Source of the DNA: a virus
Taxonomy: Duplodnaviria > Caudoviricetes
Reading direction: 5' to 3' (one strand)
IMG/VR virus record: IMGVR_UViG_3300047094_001628
Coordinates: 1 to 53,281 of that record
DNA length: 53,281 nt
Below, one piece after another: positions 1-10,600 of this stretch. The stretch's first letter is position 1, and each line of letters begins with the position of its first letter. The position numbers were made by a program, and so were the translations under genes. The notes below the pieces were generated by a model. The model was given only the letters and a program-made list of their open reading frames with translations, had not been told where the DNA came from and made no database searches.

Positions 1-879
1 TAGATCATTTCCTGAAATTAAAATTTCACTTTCACTTTTTATTTTGTGTTGATCATTTTTAACATCTTCAAAAAACTTAGATATTAATCCATTAGATTCT
101 ATTTCAAAATAGTGAAAACTTTCAGGATGCATATAAGTTAAAAGTGTAAAAAGTGATTCTTCAGTACCCATATATCCCTTAGATAAAGTATCAGACATAA
201 GATGGTAATAAAGAGAATTGAAACTTTCTATTTTTTCTTTGGGGCCACCAAAAAACCCACCACGACATACTTTATCAATTTTTTTGTTGGTCATACGACA
301 CATTTCAGAATAGTCAAATCCGTGAATTTCATTATTCGCTTCGTATGGAAATGCGACAAAAGTTATGTTTTTTAACTTTTCTAGCTTTGTTAAAACTTTG
401 TCGTGAGTAAAATAACCTGGGTGTACTGTATTAGTTATACCTGCGTCTATCCAAAATAGATTTGTTGAATTAAATCTGTCCATTATTCGAGCATCATTCA
501 ATAAAAAAACTTTGGACATTACCAATGGGTTATACATTTCAAGACGAGCTTGTGTAGATTCAGGTAACCAACCTGATTGATTATACCAATTTGGATTTTT
601 TCTAATAATTTGAATCTTATCAAAAAATTCATTTTTGAACCAATCTTGAGACCTTACAATAAATTGAGTTTTCGATCTATCCCTTTTGGTTAAAACCCAA
701 TCTTCTAGTTCCTTTTCCCCGAAAATGATAAGGTTTTCTTCAATTGATAATAGTTGTTCTAGTTTCGAAAGATAGTGGTTGAAACTTCTTGACCAACCCT
801 CCGTAAGACTTTCTCTATTTATGTTCCACAGTCCAGTTACCAATGTTAATGATTTGGTTTTTTCTACATTTGATTTCAC
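1..879 (-). CDS. HtrL/YibB (WlaTC)-family putative glycosyltransferase, 3' end runs off the window
   Basis: Not in the ORF track; translated by hand from GTG at 879: VKSNVEKTKSLTLVTGLWNINRES...YNPLVMSKVFLL...FWIDAG...GGFFGG...MGTEE, open to position 1. TLVT, WIDAG and GGFFGG are HtrL-family motifs. Confidence 0.7.
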   Translation of the reverse strand, partial: MKSNVEKTKSLTLVTGLWNINRESLTEGWSRSFNHYLSKLEQLLSIEENLIIFGEKELEDWVLTKRDRSKTQFIVRSQDWFKNEFFDKIQIIRKNPNWYNQSGWLPESTQARLEMYNPLVMSKVFLLNDARIMDRFNSTNLFWIDAGITNTVHPGYFTHDKVLTKLEKLKNITFVAFPYEANNEIHGFDYSEMCRMTNKKIDKVCRGGFFGGPKEKIESFNSLYYHLMSDTLSKGYMGTEESLFTLLTYMHPESFHYFEIESNGLISKFFEDVKNDQHKIKSESEILISGNDL

Positions 880-965
880 CGATTATAAATTTTTTAATTT
901 TATATTTTTTTTCATAATAATTTTTATCTATTAAGTATTATTCACTTACAACTTTACTTGACTTA

Positions 966-1646
966 TTAATTTATTGTAGTGGTGTCCCCACTAGTAATAA
1001 AAAAATTATTTTTTCTCCTTTCTTCGTATACTAAATTATCTTCATTGTTAAATTGAAAATTTTTGATTTCAGTTTCATCTCCACCTTTCCAATCGTGAAA
1101 AAAAGGACAAAAACCAGGGGTGAAAACATTTCTACCTAACATCTTAGAGATTTCTGTGTACTCATTATCTGCGAAAATACTTTTGTAAGATGAATGATAT
1201 ATGTACCCAAATCTTTTGAAGTAATCCCATCCCATTATACAATTTATATCTAATAAATCACTCCATCTTGTACTTTGTGTGTGTAGCATACAATCTAATC
1301 CTAAATTCGAGTTTTGAAAGTACTCAATAATCTTTGTGTCGTAACAATCAACTACTGGAATCATATCATCACTAGCAAGAATTAAAATATCAAAAAATTG
1401 ATTTTCTAAATTAGCATTTATTGCCTCAATTTTATTTTTATTGTTACCATAGAAAACTTCATGATTTATATTTAATTCATTTATAAAATTAATTATATCT
1501 AAATTGTTCATCGAAAAATCATCAACATCAAAAGAAAAAACAAATTTAGTATTTTGGGGATTTTCTAATTTATCCCGATAAAGTTTCAAAACTTTTTTAA
1601 ATTGGTCGGGTCTACCCCGTGATGGGAATTTAATTAAAATTTTCAT
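966..1646 (-). CDS. GT-A fold (GT2-like) glycosyltransferase
   Basis: KFPSRGRP N-terminus, ILILASDDM DxD-type motif, ADNEY; close paralogue of 21452..22111. Confidence 0.7.
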   Translation of the reverse strand: MKILIKFPSRGRPDQFKKVLKLYRDKLENPQNTKFVFSFDVDDFSMNNLDIINFINELNINHEVFYGNNKNKIEAINANLENQFFDILILASDDMIPVVDCYDTKIIEYFQNSNLGLDCMLHTQSTRWSDLLDINCIMGWDYFKRFGYIYHSSYKSIFADNEYTEISKMLGRNVFTPGFCPFFHDWKGGDETEIKNFQFNNEDNLVYEERRKNNFFITSGDTTTIN

Positions 1647-3163
1647 AATTCAATTGGATTATTTTTTATGTAATTTTTACCATTTATTTCTGATTGTGAT
1701 TCCAAACTTCCTTGATATTTCTTAGAACCATCTGTGTAAGCGACGAAAGGACCATCACCGATATTACCGTATAAAAAAGTCCCCCAATTATCTCTTATTT
1801 CCTCCCACTCGTGTTCGGAAATTTCTTTTCTGTATTTATAAATTAAAGTTTCTTCAATACTCTGTAGACCATTAATAATAAAACCATCAGTTTGTTTTTT
1901 AACAATTTCTTCGAACCAAAACCTCATCTTAGATGTTCTAAACATAACAGGATTGTTTGACCATCGACAAGTTGTGACTAATTTCAACTCTTCAACTCTT
2001 TTCTCTAATTCAAAAGGGGTTACATTTTTGTTTTTATCCTCTGATATTTCGGAATCTCTCGAGATATTATCGTCCTTAGAAAACCAAACAGCGTTTATAA
2101 AATTGTGTTTTTTAAAAACCTCCAATAAAGTAAGAAAATCTATCTTGTTTTCATTCAAGAAAACCCAGTCATGTTCTAAAAAAATAAAAAAAGGAGTTGT
2201 TATTTTCTTTAAAAGATTATCAAAAGAAGAAAGTGACCCTCCTGTAATGAAATCTAGTTCAATATTAATTTCATTTTTCTTATCTCTTAAGTATGAAATA
2301 AGTTTAAACCTATTCGTGTGATTTTCTTCGGAACTTTCATCATAATTGATAATAAATTTACACTTTATTAAATCTTTTGGTAAACTGTATAAAAGATAAT
2401 TAAGATAGAATAAAAAATTTTCTGTATAATTACCTGTAATTACAATTGTTATATTTCTTTCGATTTCAAACTTTTTTTTCCTACTTGATATGTTCTCATA
2501 AAAAAATTTATCAAAACTACCGTTAATCCAGACATCATAGTTCACGGGTCCGTTGGGTTGGAGTGTTGATTCTAATCCTACGGAATGATGTATCAACATA
2601 GGGGTTGTACACAGAGTTTTAAAACCTTTATGATTCATATAAGGTAGATAATCATCAATAGCTAATAAATCTTTTTGATAATTTAAATTTTCTAAAATAT
2701 ATTTTATTGCTCTTTTTTTTATTATGTAAGCCCACGCACCAGTGGATTTATGTACCTGTGCTAAATTTTCTGTTACAGGAATCAAAAAACTTTTAGGATT
2801 ACAACCTAGTAATATGATATCCCAATCGACATTTTTGGTATCATAAATTACCTCGGTGAGCTGTTGTTCGAAATATTTTTTATCATCAGATATTGGATAA
2901 TATAATTCATCTCTGATATCAAAATCGTCTTCTGAAATAAAAACAGTTTCGTATCCATTTTGAATACAATTTTCTAAAACGGCTAAATGACTTTTTGTAC
3001 AAGAGTATTGTTTCCAGTTGTCTTCCAAAGCATTAAATCTCTCAAGTGACTCGATCTTATAAACGTTAATTTGATTTTCAATTTTGTTTTTTCGTTCAGT
3101 GGATCGTTCTAAATTAATATAAAACCCAGCCTCTGCAATTTCTTTTCCTAAAATACTAAACAT
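1643..3163 (-). CDS. Two-domain glycosyltransferase: N-terminal GT25-like domain plus C-terminal GT-A-like domain
   Basis: YINLERSTER, SCTKSH, SEDD, WDIILLG, GAWAYII and AID are GT25 hallmarks; the C-terminal half has FIFLEHDW and WSNNP. Confidence 0.7.
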   Translation of the reverse strand: MFSILGKEIAEAGFYINLERSTERKNKIENQINVYKIESLERFNALEDNWKQYSCTKSHLAVLENCIQNGYETVFISEDDFDIRDELYYPISDDKKYFEQQLTEVIYDTKNVDWDIILLGCNPKSFLIPVTENLAQVHKSTGAWAYIIKKRAIKYILENLNYQKDLLAIDDYLPYMNHKGFKTLCTTPMLIHHSVGLESTLQPNGPVNYDVWINGSFDKFFYENISSRKKKFEIERNITIVITGNYTENFLFYLNYLLYSLPKDLIKCKFIINYDESSEENHTNRFKLISYLRDKKNEINIELDFITGGSLSSFDNLLKKITTPFFIFLEHDWVFLNENKIDFLTLLEVFKKHNFINAVWFSKDDNISRDSEISEDKNKNVTPFELEKRVEELKLVTTCRWSNNPVMFRTSKMRFWFEEIVKKQTDGFIINGLQSIEETLIYKYRKEISEHEWEEIRDNWGTFLYGNIGDGPFVAYTDGSKKYQGSLESQSEINGKNYIKNNPIEL

Positions 3164-3344
3164 AATGAAATACTTTTATGAGTGGATGATTTTTATATTT
3201 GGAAAACATATCTAGGTAGTTAGTCGAAAAAAGAAAGGAATTTTTCAAATTTAATTCTAAAAACTTTTTCAAACTAAACTGTTTTAATTTATTTACATGA
3301 TTAGGATAATTAATTTCTGTCGTAACCCAAAATTTTTCTAACAT
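3156..3344 (-). CDS. Short hypothetical protein, possibly a truncated gene remnant
   Basis: 62-aa ORF filling the gap between the GT60 and GT25 genes and overlapping the next start by 8 nt. Confidence 0.4.
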   Translation of the reverse strand: MLEKFWVTTEINYPNHVNKLKQFSLKKFLELNLKNSFLFSTNYLDMFSKYKNHPLIKVFHYV

Positions 3345-3365
3345 ATTAACATATCTTTTTTATTT

Positions 3366-4613
3366 TTATAAATTTCCAGTTAATCTTTCACACCAACCTT
3401 TGGACTCGGAGTGAGGCCAAACGACCCAATATTTAGGCATATGAGAGGTTTGAAACTCTCTCCACACTTTACAATATCCATCAGGGTCATTCATCATTCT
3501 TGCAATTTCAGATTTGTCTGCATCTTTTCTGAAGATTGTCTCATCTGTTTCATCGTGAAAAGCCACAACCCAAAAGTCATAATCTTTTTCTTGAACTTGT
3601 GAATACCCAATATCAATGCAATGTTTAAAAATCATTGCAAAGTCGGATTTCCATTCTTCTTCAGAAGAATAGTTATATGGATTTGGTGGATGATGTTTAT
3701 CTAGTGTATATTGTTGAACGGCTCTTTTTTCGAAAAGTAGTCCAGAATATTTCTCATAATCTCTAAGTGATCTGACTTTACCAAACCCATATTTACCTTC
3801 GTGACCCTCTTGGGTTAAACCATCCATACCAAACAATTTTCTGTTCGTTAAATGAGACACATTATTTTTTTCAACCCAATGTTTATCATCATCCCATTGT
3901 TTGGTTCTACCTTTTCTAGTATACTCATGCCAAATAAGAACTTTATGTGGATGGAATAAGTCGTATCCCCAAGTATAAGCTCTAGCTGCTATGGAAATTT
4001 CTTCTCCGTGAAAATAGTATTCTGGATTATGTTGAACTTCTTTACAAAACTTACCCAACGTAAAAGCGTAGTGTGCTGAATAAAATCTAGCAGTAACAGG
4101 CTCTGTCATTGATTGCCAATTTGGTATCGTTTCAGGTAAGAAAAATACAGCACCTTCAGGTATAAATCGGTCAAAAACCATTCTCCATGGTTCTTGTATT
4201 CTCGCGGCAGGATCATTGTCAGGATCAAAGGAAGACACATAACCTGTAAGTAATGGTTTCTTATAACCTTTTTTCTGTAATTGTTTGACCATTGCAATCA
4301 TTTCAGTATCCCAATGAGGTGCAAACCTCATATGTGAATCTAACTGCATTGTATACTGTTCCTTATTGTATAATTGTTGAATTTGGTTTCTAGCCCAACA
4401 TGCTCCTTTTGACTCGGTATAAGGGATGTTTAAAATCCTAAATCTTTCATCGGTCATGTATTCTGTCAAGTCGTCAAACTTGTCCTCGGGATGAAATTGA
4501 CGAGCAATTCCAAAAACTAAATTTTCAGGTTTATCAGCATTTTCTAAACAACTCAAGATTGTTTTTTTTAACTCAGGATCTCGATATGACGCAATTTGAA
4601 TGAATATTTTCAT
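3366..4613 (-). CDS. GT60-family (Gnt1-like, Pfam GlcNAc) polypeptide alpha-N-acetylglucosaminyltransferase
   Basis: IFIQIASYRDPEL, SKGACWAR, QLDSHMRF (DSH motif), FHGEE and AYTWGYDLFHP are characteristic of the family. Confidence 0.85.
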   Translation of the reverse strand: MKIFIQIASYRDPELKKTILSCLENADKPENLVFGIARQFHPEDKFDDLTEYMTDERFRILNIPYTESKGACWARNQIQQLYNKEQYTMQLDSHMRFAPHWDTEMIAMVKQLQKKGYKKPLLTGYVSSFDPDNDPAARIQEPWRMVFDRFIPEGAVFFLPETIPNWQSMTEPVTARFYSAHYAFTLGKFCKEVQHNPEYYFHGEEISIAARAYTWGYDLFHPHKVLIWHEYTRKGRTKQWDDDKHWVEKNNVSHLTNRKLFGMDGLTQEGHEGKYGFGKVRSLRDYEKYSGLLFEKRAVQQYTLDKHHPPNPYNYSSEEEWKSDFAMIFKHCIDIGYSQVQEKDYDFWVVAFHDETDETIFRKDADKSEIARMMNDPDGYCKVWREFQTSHMPKYWVVWPHSESKGWCERLTGNL

Positions 4614-4682
4614 AGTAAAATTTACTTTTGAAAAAAAAGTAATTAAACACTTATAAAGGTAAACAAATACTACTACATTGTT

Positions 4683-7600
4683 TTAACAAAGACCAGAAAT
4701 TGATGTAATTTCACCAGTACCTCCATCAATTTGGTAATGAATAATACCGTTTGAAACAAATCCAAATCCAGTCGCAGGGGTATTCAAATTTGTATCAATA
4801 TAAAGGATATCACCGATCTGAAGGCCTGAAAAACTCGCTCTAATACCATAGAATGTGTTACCATCATTCGAACAAGCTTCAGGATCACTTCCTCCAGTAC
4901 CTAAATTAGTGTATGCATAAGAAACAAAACCACTTTGTGAAGGTGTAACGGATGGAGTATTCGTTGGTGTTACAGTTTTAGTTGGGGTTACTGATGACGT
5001 TATAGACGTTGTAGGAGTATTCGTTGGTGTTACTGATGACGTTATAGACGTTGTAGGAGTATTCGTTGGTGTTACTGATGACGTTATAGACGTTGTAGGA
5101 GTATTCGTTGGTGTTAATCCAATCGTGGGTGTGACTGACGGAGTAATACTTGGTGTAGGGGTTGGTGTTGGTGTTGTATTACAACTACCCCAAATTGGTG
5201 GTGTCATAATAATAGGTATTCCAAAACGACCATAGTCTGGAGAATAAAAATCAGTTGGTTCTACAGGAATATTTGAAACACACCAAGAAGTTAATACAAA
5301 TTCCAATTGTGGGAAAGTATTCATACCTGCTCCAAAGAACATGTAATCCATATTAGTTGTTGAACTTACGTTCCAATTTGAAATTCCAGTGTAACTTGTT
5401 GTTGAATTAAATATAGTTTCACGGAATGCTGCGGTAAATCCTGTTACATTACTTACGTTCCAGTTAGTAATACCTGTTGGTGGTGTTGAAAAATTACCAG
5501 GACTAGAACCGAAGATGAAATTCATACTAGTCACCGAACTAACATCCCAATTCACAACCTCACCAATTGACGACCCAAATGATAGTTGATCCATATTCGT
5601 TACTTTTGATACATCCCAATTATCCAAACCTAAGATTGGGTAATAAGTACTATTATAACTAAAGGTGCCAACCATAGAAGTTATGTTTGACACATTCCAT
5701 CCAGAAAAAGAAGTAAGTAGAACAGAACCCCCAGGTAGTTGAGTTAGATATGGATTACAAGATCTAAATGCGTAGTCCATATTTGTTACCCCATCAAGGA
5801 TGTAGAATGGTATAACTGATGGTAACTTTAATTCATTTTGATTATAAACATTACTTACAACTCCTCGATCAAACCAAGACCCTTCGTTGTGACCTATTCT
5901 AAAATTACCAAATTGCTCAACCCCCAAAAAGTTTGTTTTACTTTTACCTGTGGCATTACCTAACTTCCAACCTGTTATTTTTCCAGAAATTGTTACGGTT
6001 CTAACATTACTTGCACCTGTGTAAACAAATCGTGGTCTAGTTGCTGGTGCAACATTGTTGGTATAAGTGTGACTTCGTGTATTATATGAGTTAGAAGTAA
6101 TTACACCATCACCCCAATTAATTGTACCGTCATACGTACCACCACTAATATATGGTAATGTAATTGTATCACCTGATTGAGCGTAATAGAATAAGATTGT
6201 ATCCTGATAAGTTATAGGAGTATAAGTCGGTGTTGGAGTCACAGAAGTTTGAGTTTGGGTTGGTGTGGGTGTTGGTGATTTAGTTGGAGTATTTGTTTGA
6301 GTTCTAGTTGGTGTAGGTGTTTGAGTATTTGTAGGTGTTTGAGTGTTTGTCGGAGTATTAGTTGGGGTTTGTGAATTTGTAGGTGGTGGTGTGGACCCTG
6401 AGCTACGACTTTGTGTCGGTGTCACAGTATTTGTTGGAGTTTTTGTTGTTGTTGGTGTTGATGTTGGTGTCTTTGTAGGTGTTTTGGTTGGTAATGGAGT
6501 TCTAGATGGTTGAGGAGGACAAGTACCCCAAATTGGTGGTGTTACGATGATTGGTATTCCGAAAATTCCACTTCCTAGAGTGTAAAACCCTGTTGGTTGT
6601 GAAGAAATATTTGAAACACACCAACCACTCAATACAAATTGTAATTGTGGATTGGTATCCATACCTGATTGTAAAAACATATTGTTCATATTTGTCGCAG
6701 ACCTCACATTCCATGAAGAAATTCCTGTTACTGTAGAATTTGAACTAAATATAGAACTTGAGAATGAACCTGAAAAACTGACCACGTTAGAGACATCCCA
6801 ATTTTCAATACCTGTTGGGACGTATGCTAGTGAAAAATTACCCATACTAGCAAAAATACTTGCCATATTGGTTACGGATGAAACATTCCAACTACTAACA
6901 TCACCGATTGAACCTCCCAAAGATAATTCTCTCATGTCTGTAACCTTAGATACATCCCAATTATTCAGACCATCACAAACAACACCATTGTAACTAAACG
7001 TACCTACCATAGAAGTTATGTTTGAAACATTCCAACCAGAGAAAGAATATGGAACAAATTGTTCGAAATATGGATTAGAAAATCTAAATGCGTAATCCAT
7101 ATTAGTAACACCTTCCAAAAGATAGAAAGGTATCTCTAACGGAAGTTTTAGTCCATAATGGTCAAAATTACTATTAGGTGAAGTAACTACCCCGAAATCG
7201 AACCATGAACCCTGATTATGACCAATTCTGAAATCACCGAATTGTCCAACACCTAAGAAATATCTTTTACTTATACCAGTTGCGTCACCTAACTTCCATC
7301 CATTTATTTTTCCAGAAATTGTTATGGTTCTAACATTAGTTGCTCCAGTTGTAACAAAGATATATGGATAACCATTACTAACATTTGCAGTAGGAGCAAC
7401 ATTGTTGGTATAAGTATGACTTCGTGTATTATAAGAGTTAGAAGTAATTACACCATCACCCCAATCAATTGTACCATCGTATGTACCGCCACTGATGTAT
7501 GGTAATGTAATTGTATCACCCGATTGAGCGTAATAGAATAGGATGGTATCTTGATAAGCTATGGGAGTATAAGATGGTGTATTTGTGGGAGTTAAAGATG

Positions 7601-10600
7601 GAGTATTACTAGGAGTAGGAGTAGGAACCGAAGAACAAAGAACTGAAGACGTAATTGTAGACCCTGAATTTTGCCAATAAATTACATAACTTACCGATAA
7701 ATCTTCGTTAGCGGAGAATGCTCTGTATCTATTTGCAAAACTAGATATAGGGGTTCCATCATTATAGTAAAGTACATCCCCAGAACCCAATTGACTCAAC
7801 GGTTTAGTTGTATACCCTATTTGGGTAGGTTCCAAATTATCACATGCAGTTTGTGCCGTTGTATAAGTTGTAACACCAAATCTACCATAGATCGGATAAC
7901 TAGAAGGTGTCGTTGGTGTTGGCGTAGGAGTATTGGATAGTGTTTGTGTAGGACAAGGGACTCCGAATTGAGGTAAGAATGTTATTTGAGAACCTGTTGA
8001 GAAGCCAAACGGTACAGATGGGATCAAACCTACACTCCATGTCGACAAATTTTGGTTGAATAAAGATGCTCCTGAGAACATACTAGTCATACCTGTTACA
8101 TTACAAACACTCCAATTTCCTATATTACTATTAATATTCGAATTAGAAAACATATAGGACATATCTGTCACCTTCGAAACATTCCAACCTCCAATTGTTA
8201 ATCCAGAACTCGCACTACTACCTAAGAACATAGAATTGGCATTCACCAAAGATCTAACATCCCAATTTGATAATGAATCTGTAAAGTTATTATATGAAAA
8301 CATATAACTCATATCTGTCACATTTCTAACAAACCATTGGCTTAGATTTACGATTGTCGAAGATTGTCCAGATGCACTTAAATTCATAAATGTTCCCTTC
8401 ATTTCATTAATAGTCCCAACACTCCAACTTTGTATGTTCATTTGGCTCGGTGCGATCAGTGTTGTGTTTTCAAATGTGTAATTTAAACTATTTGTATTGA
8501 ATATTGGAAAATAAAATTCATCCGAAATTATTAAACCATCCCTAATACCTCTGAAAGCATAGTCAAAGTTATACCATGGCATAGTTCCCCACTGAACAAC
8601 TTCAGATATTTTATTAGCATTTGAATATTTTACGACATTCGGTTGAGGATTACCTGTTAAGTATGGGTAATACAATCCTCCAAAAGCACCAACAGTAGAA
8701 CCCGATGGAGGTCCAATAGTTACAGTATAGACACCTGGTGTGTTATATTGTTTAGTAATGGTACCACCTGTGAAAGTTTGAGAATTACCATCACCCCAAT
8801 TTATATTATAACTCAAGCCAACTTCAAAAACTGAAAGTGTAAATTCATTTTCTGATATCGGAAAATCAGAATCACCAATTCTTGTGGTGTCTATTTTGAA
8901 TATGAATGGTAACGTTGGAGTATCAGGGTCAACATATTCTTCAGGAACCTGAGGTAGTACGGGTGGTGCCTGATTAAATAAACTTGTAGCACTTAAAGTA
9001 TAAACGAATGAGGGGTCACCTACGATAGCCAAACTATTAAATGACGAAGTTCCATTTAAACTGTTATAATCAATATCTGCTAAATCATAACGAGTTTGTC
9101 CTGAAGTTTGATTTGGAGGTATTGTTACATACCCAAATATCTCAATGGAACCACCGACATTTCTACCTAATGTATTTACAAAATCAACTCTAGTTGACAC
9201 GCTACTTGCAGTAAATCCAGTGATTAAATAAGTTATTTTGACAGAACCTGGGTTAAAAAAACCTGTCATTCCTAACGGAGTTTCCACACAAGGAGTACCG
9301 AACTGTGGTAAATTTGGATTAGATGTTGTAGCACTCAGTGATGGTTGATTTCCACCGAAATTTGCGGGTCTTGGTGATATTAATGGCATTTTCCAATCAC
9401 TCAAATTTTGATTGAAAGTACCACCAGTTGCAATACGATTTGGGTCAATATACAAAAATGATGTGGCAATTGATACATTACACACGTCCCAAGTACTTAT
9501 ATCTTGATTGAAATTGGGACAATTTCTGAACATATTCTGTATATTTGTAACATTACTGACATTCCAACCTGACAAAGGTTGATTGAAAACAGGGTATGTT
9601 TCACCAGTAAAGGGTAAGACCGTTATCCTAGATAAAAAATTAGGGAGGTTAGTGACACTAGATACATCCCAAACTCCAATTCCAGGATCGTTAAACCATT
9701 GAGAATTACTGAACATAGCACCGAGATTAGTGACATTACCCATCTCCCATAAATGAATATTATCAATTAACCCTGAATTCTGAATTGTCCCTGCTCTATC
9801 AGAAAATTTAAAACAATCTGAAAACCATGAAATACACTCAGTTACATCGGTCATATTCAGACTGCCAGTAACTGCGGAAAATTCACAATTACTACAACCT
9901 TGGAATGCACCCCTTGTTTGAATAGCTCCGTTGTTGATCTGTAACGGACCCCATTCTAAAACTTTTACTATTTTAAGTGCATTTACACTATCCCCCGAAA
10001 ATGACCACCCTTTTATAGTTCCAGTAATGGAAATTGTGTATGTACCAGGATTTGTATATGTATGAGAATTATCACTAAAACTAGTGATAGTATCCGATGT
10101 ACTATCACCCCAATCAACCACACAATTATAGTCGCCATAACTTACGAGGGGTAATTGAATTGTTTCATTATTTTCTATAGTTGTCCATTGGGACCTAAAT
10201 GTTGGTTCAACAAAACCTTGAGTTTTGGTGGGTGTAGGTGTTTGTGTATTGGTCGGAGTGTTGGTATTAGTTGGCGTTACAGTAGGTGTTAAAGTGTTAG
10301 TCGGAGTATTTGTTTGAGTTCGAGTTGGTGTTGGTGTTTGAGTTGGAGTCGGTGAAGGTGTGACACCAATCATAGAACATAATTGTACGTCAGTTATTGT
10401 AGTTCCATCGGTTTGATAAAAAATGTAATATTTTGTCGTTACAGATGAAGAATCGGCTATTGCTTTGTAACGATCTCCACTACCTTGTATAGGTTGATTT
10501 GTATCTATATCATAAATTTGGTCCCCAGGTCTCAATTCATTTAAAGGGCTGAGAATATATCCATAAAGTATAGCACTTTCAGTAGTCAAAAGATCACAAG

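Noticed and set aside
4987-5116. Direct repeats as a possible CRISPR array (also 45041-45208)
   Set aside because: Head-to-tail units with no spacers, lengths are multiples of three, and they lie in frame inside genes.
5180-7560. Duplicated module as a diversity-generating retroelement TR/VR pair
   Set aside because: Both copies are coding, differences are mostly synonymous plus indels rather than adenine-specific, and no reverse transcriptase is in the window.
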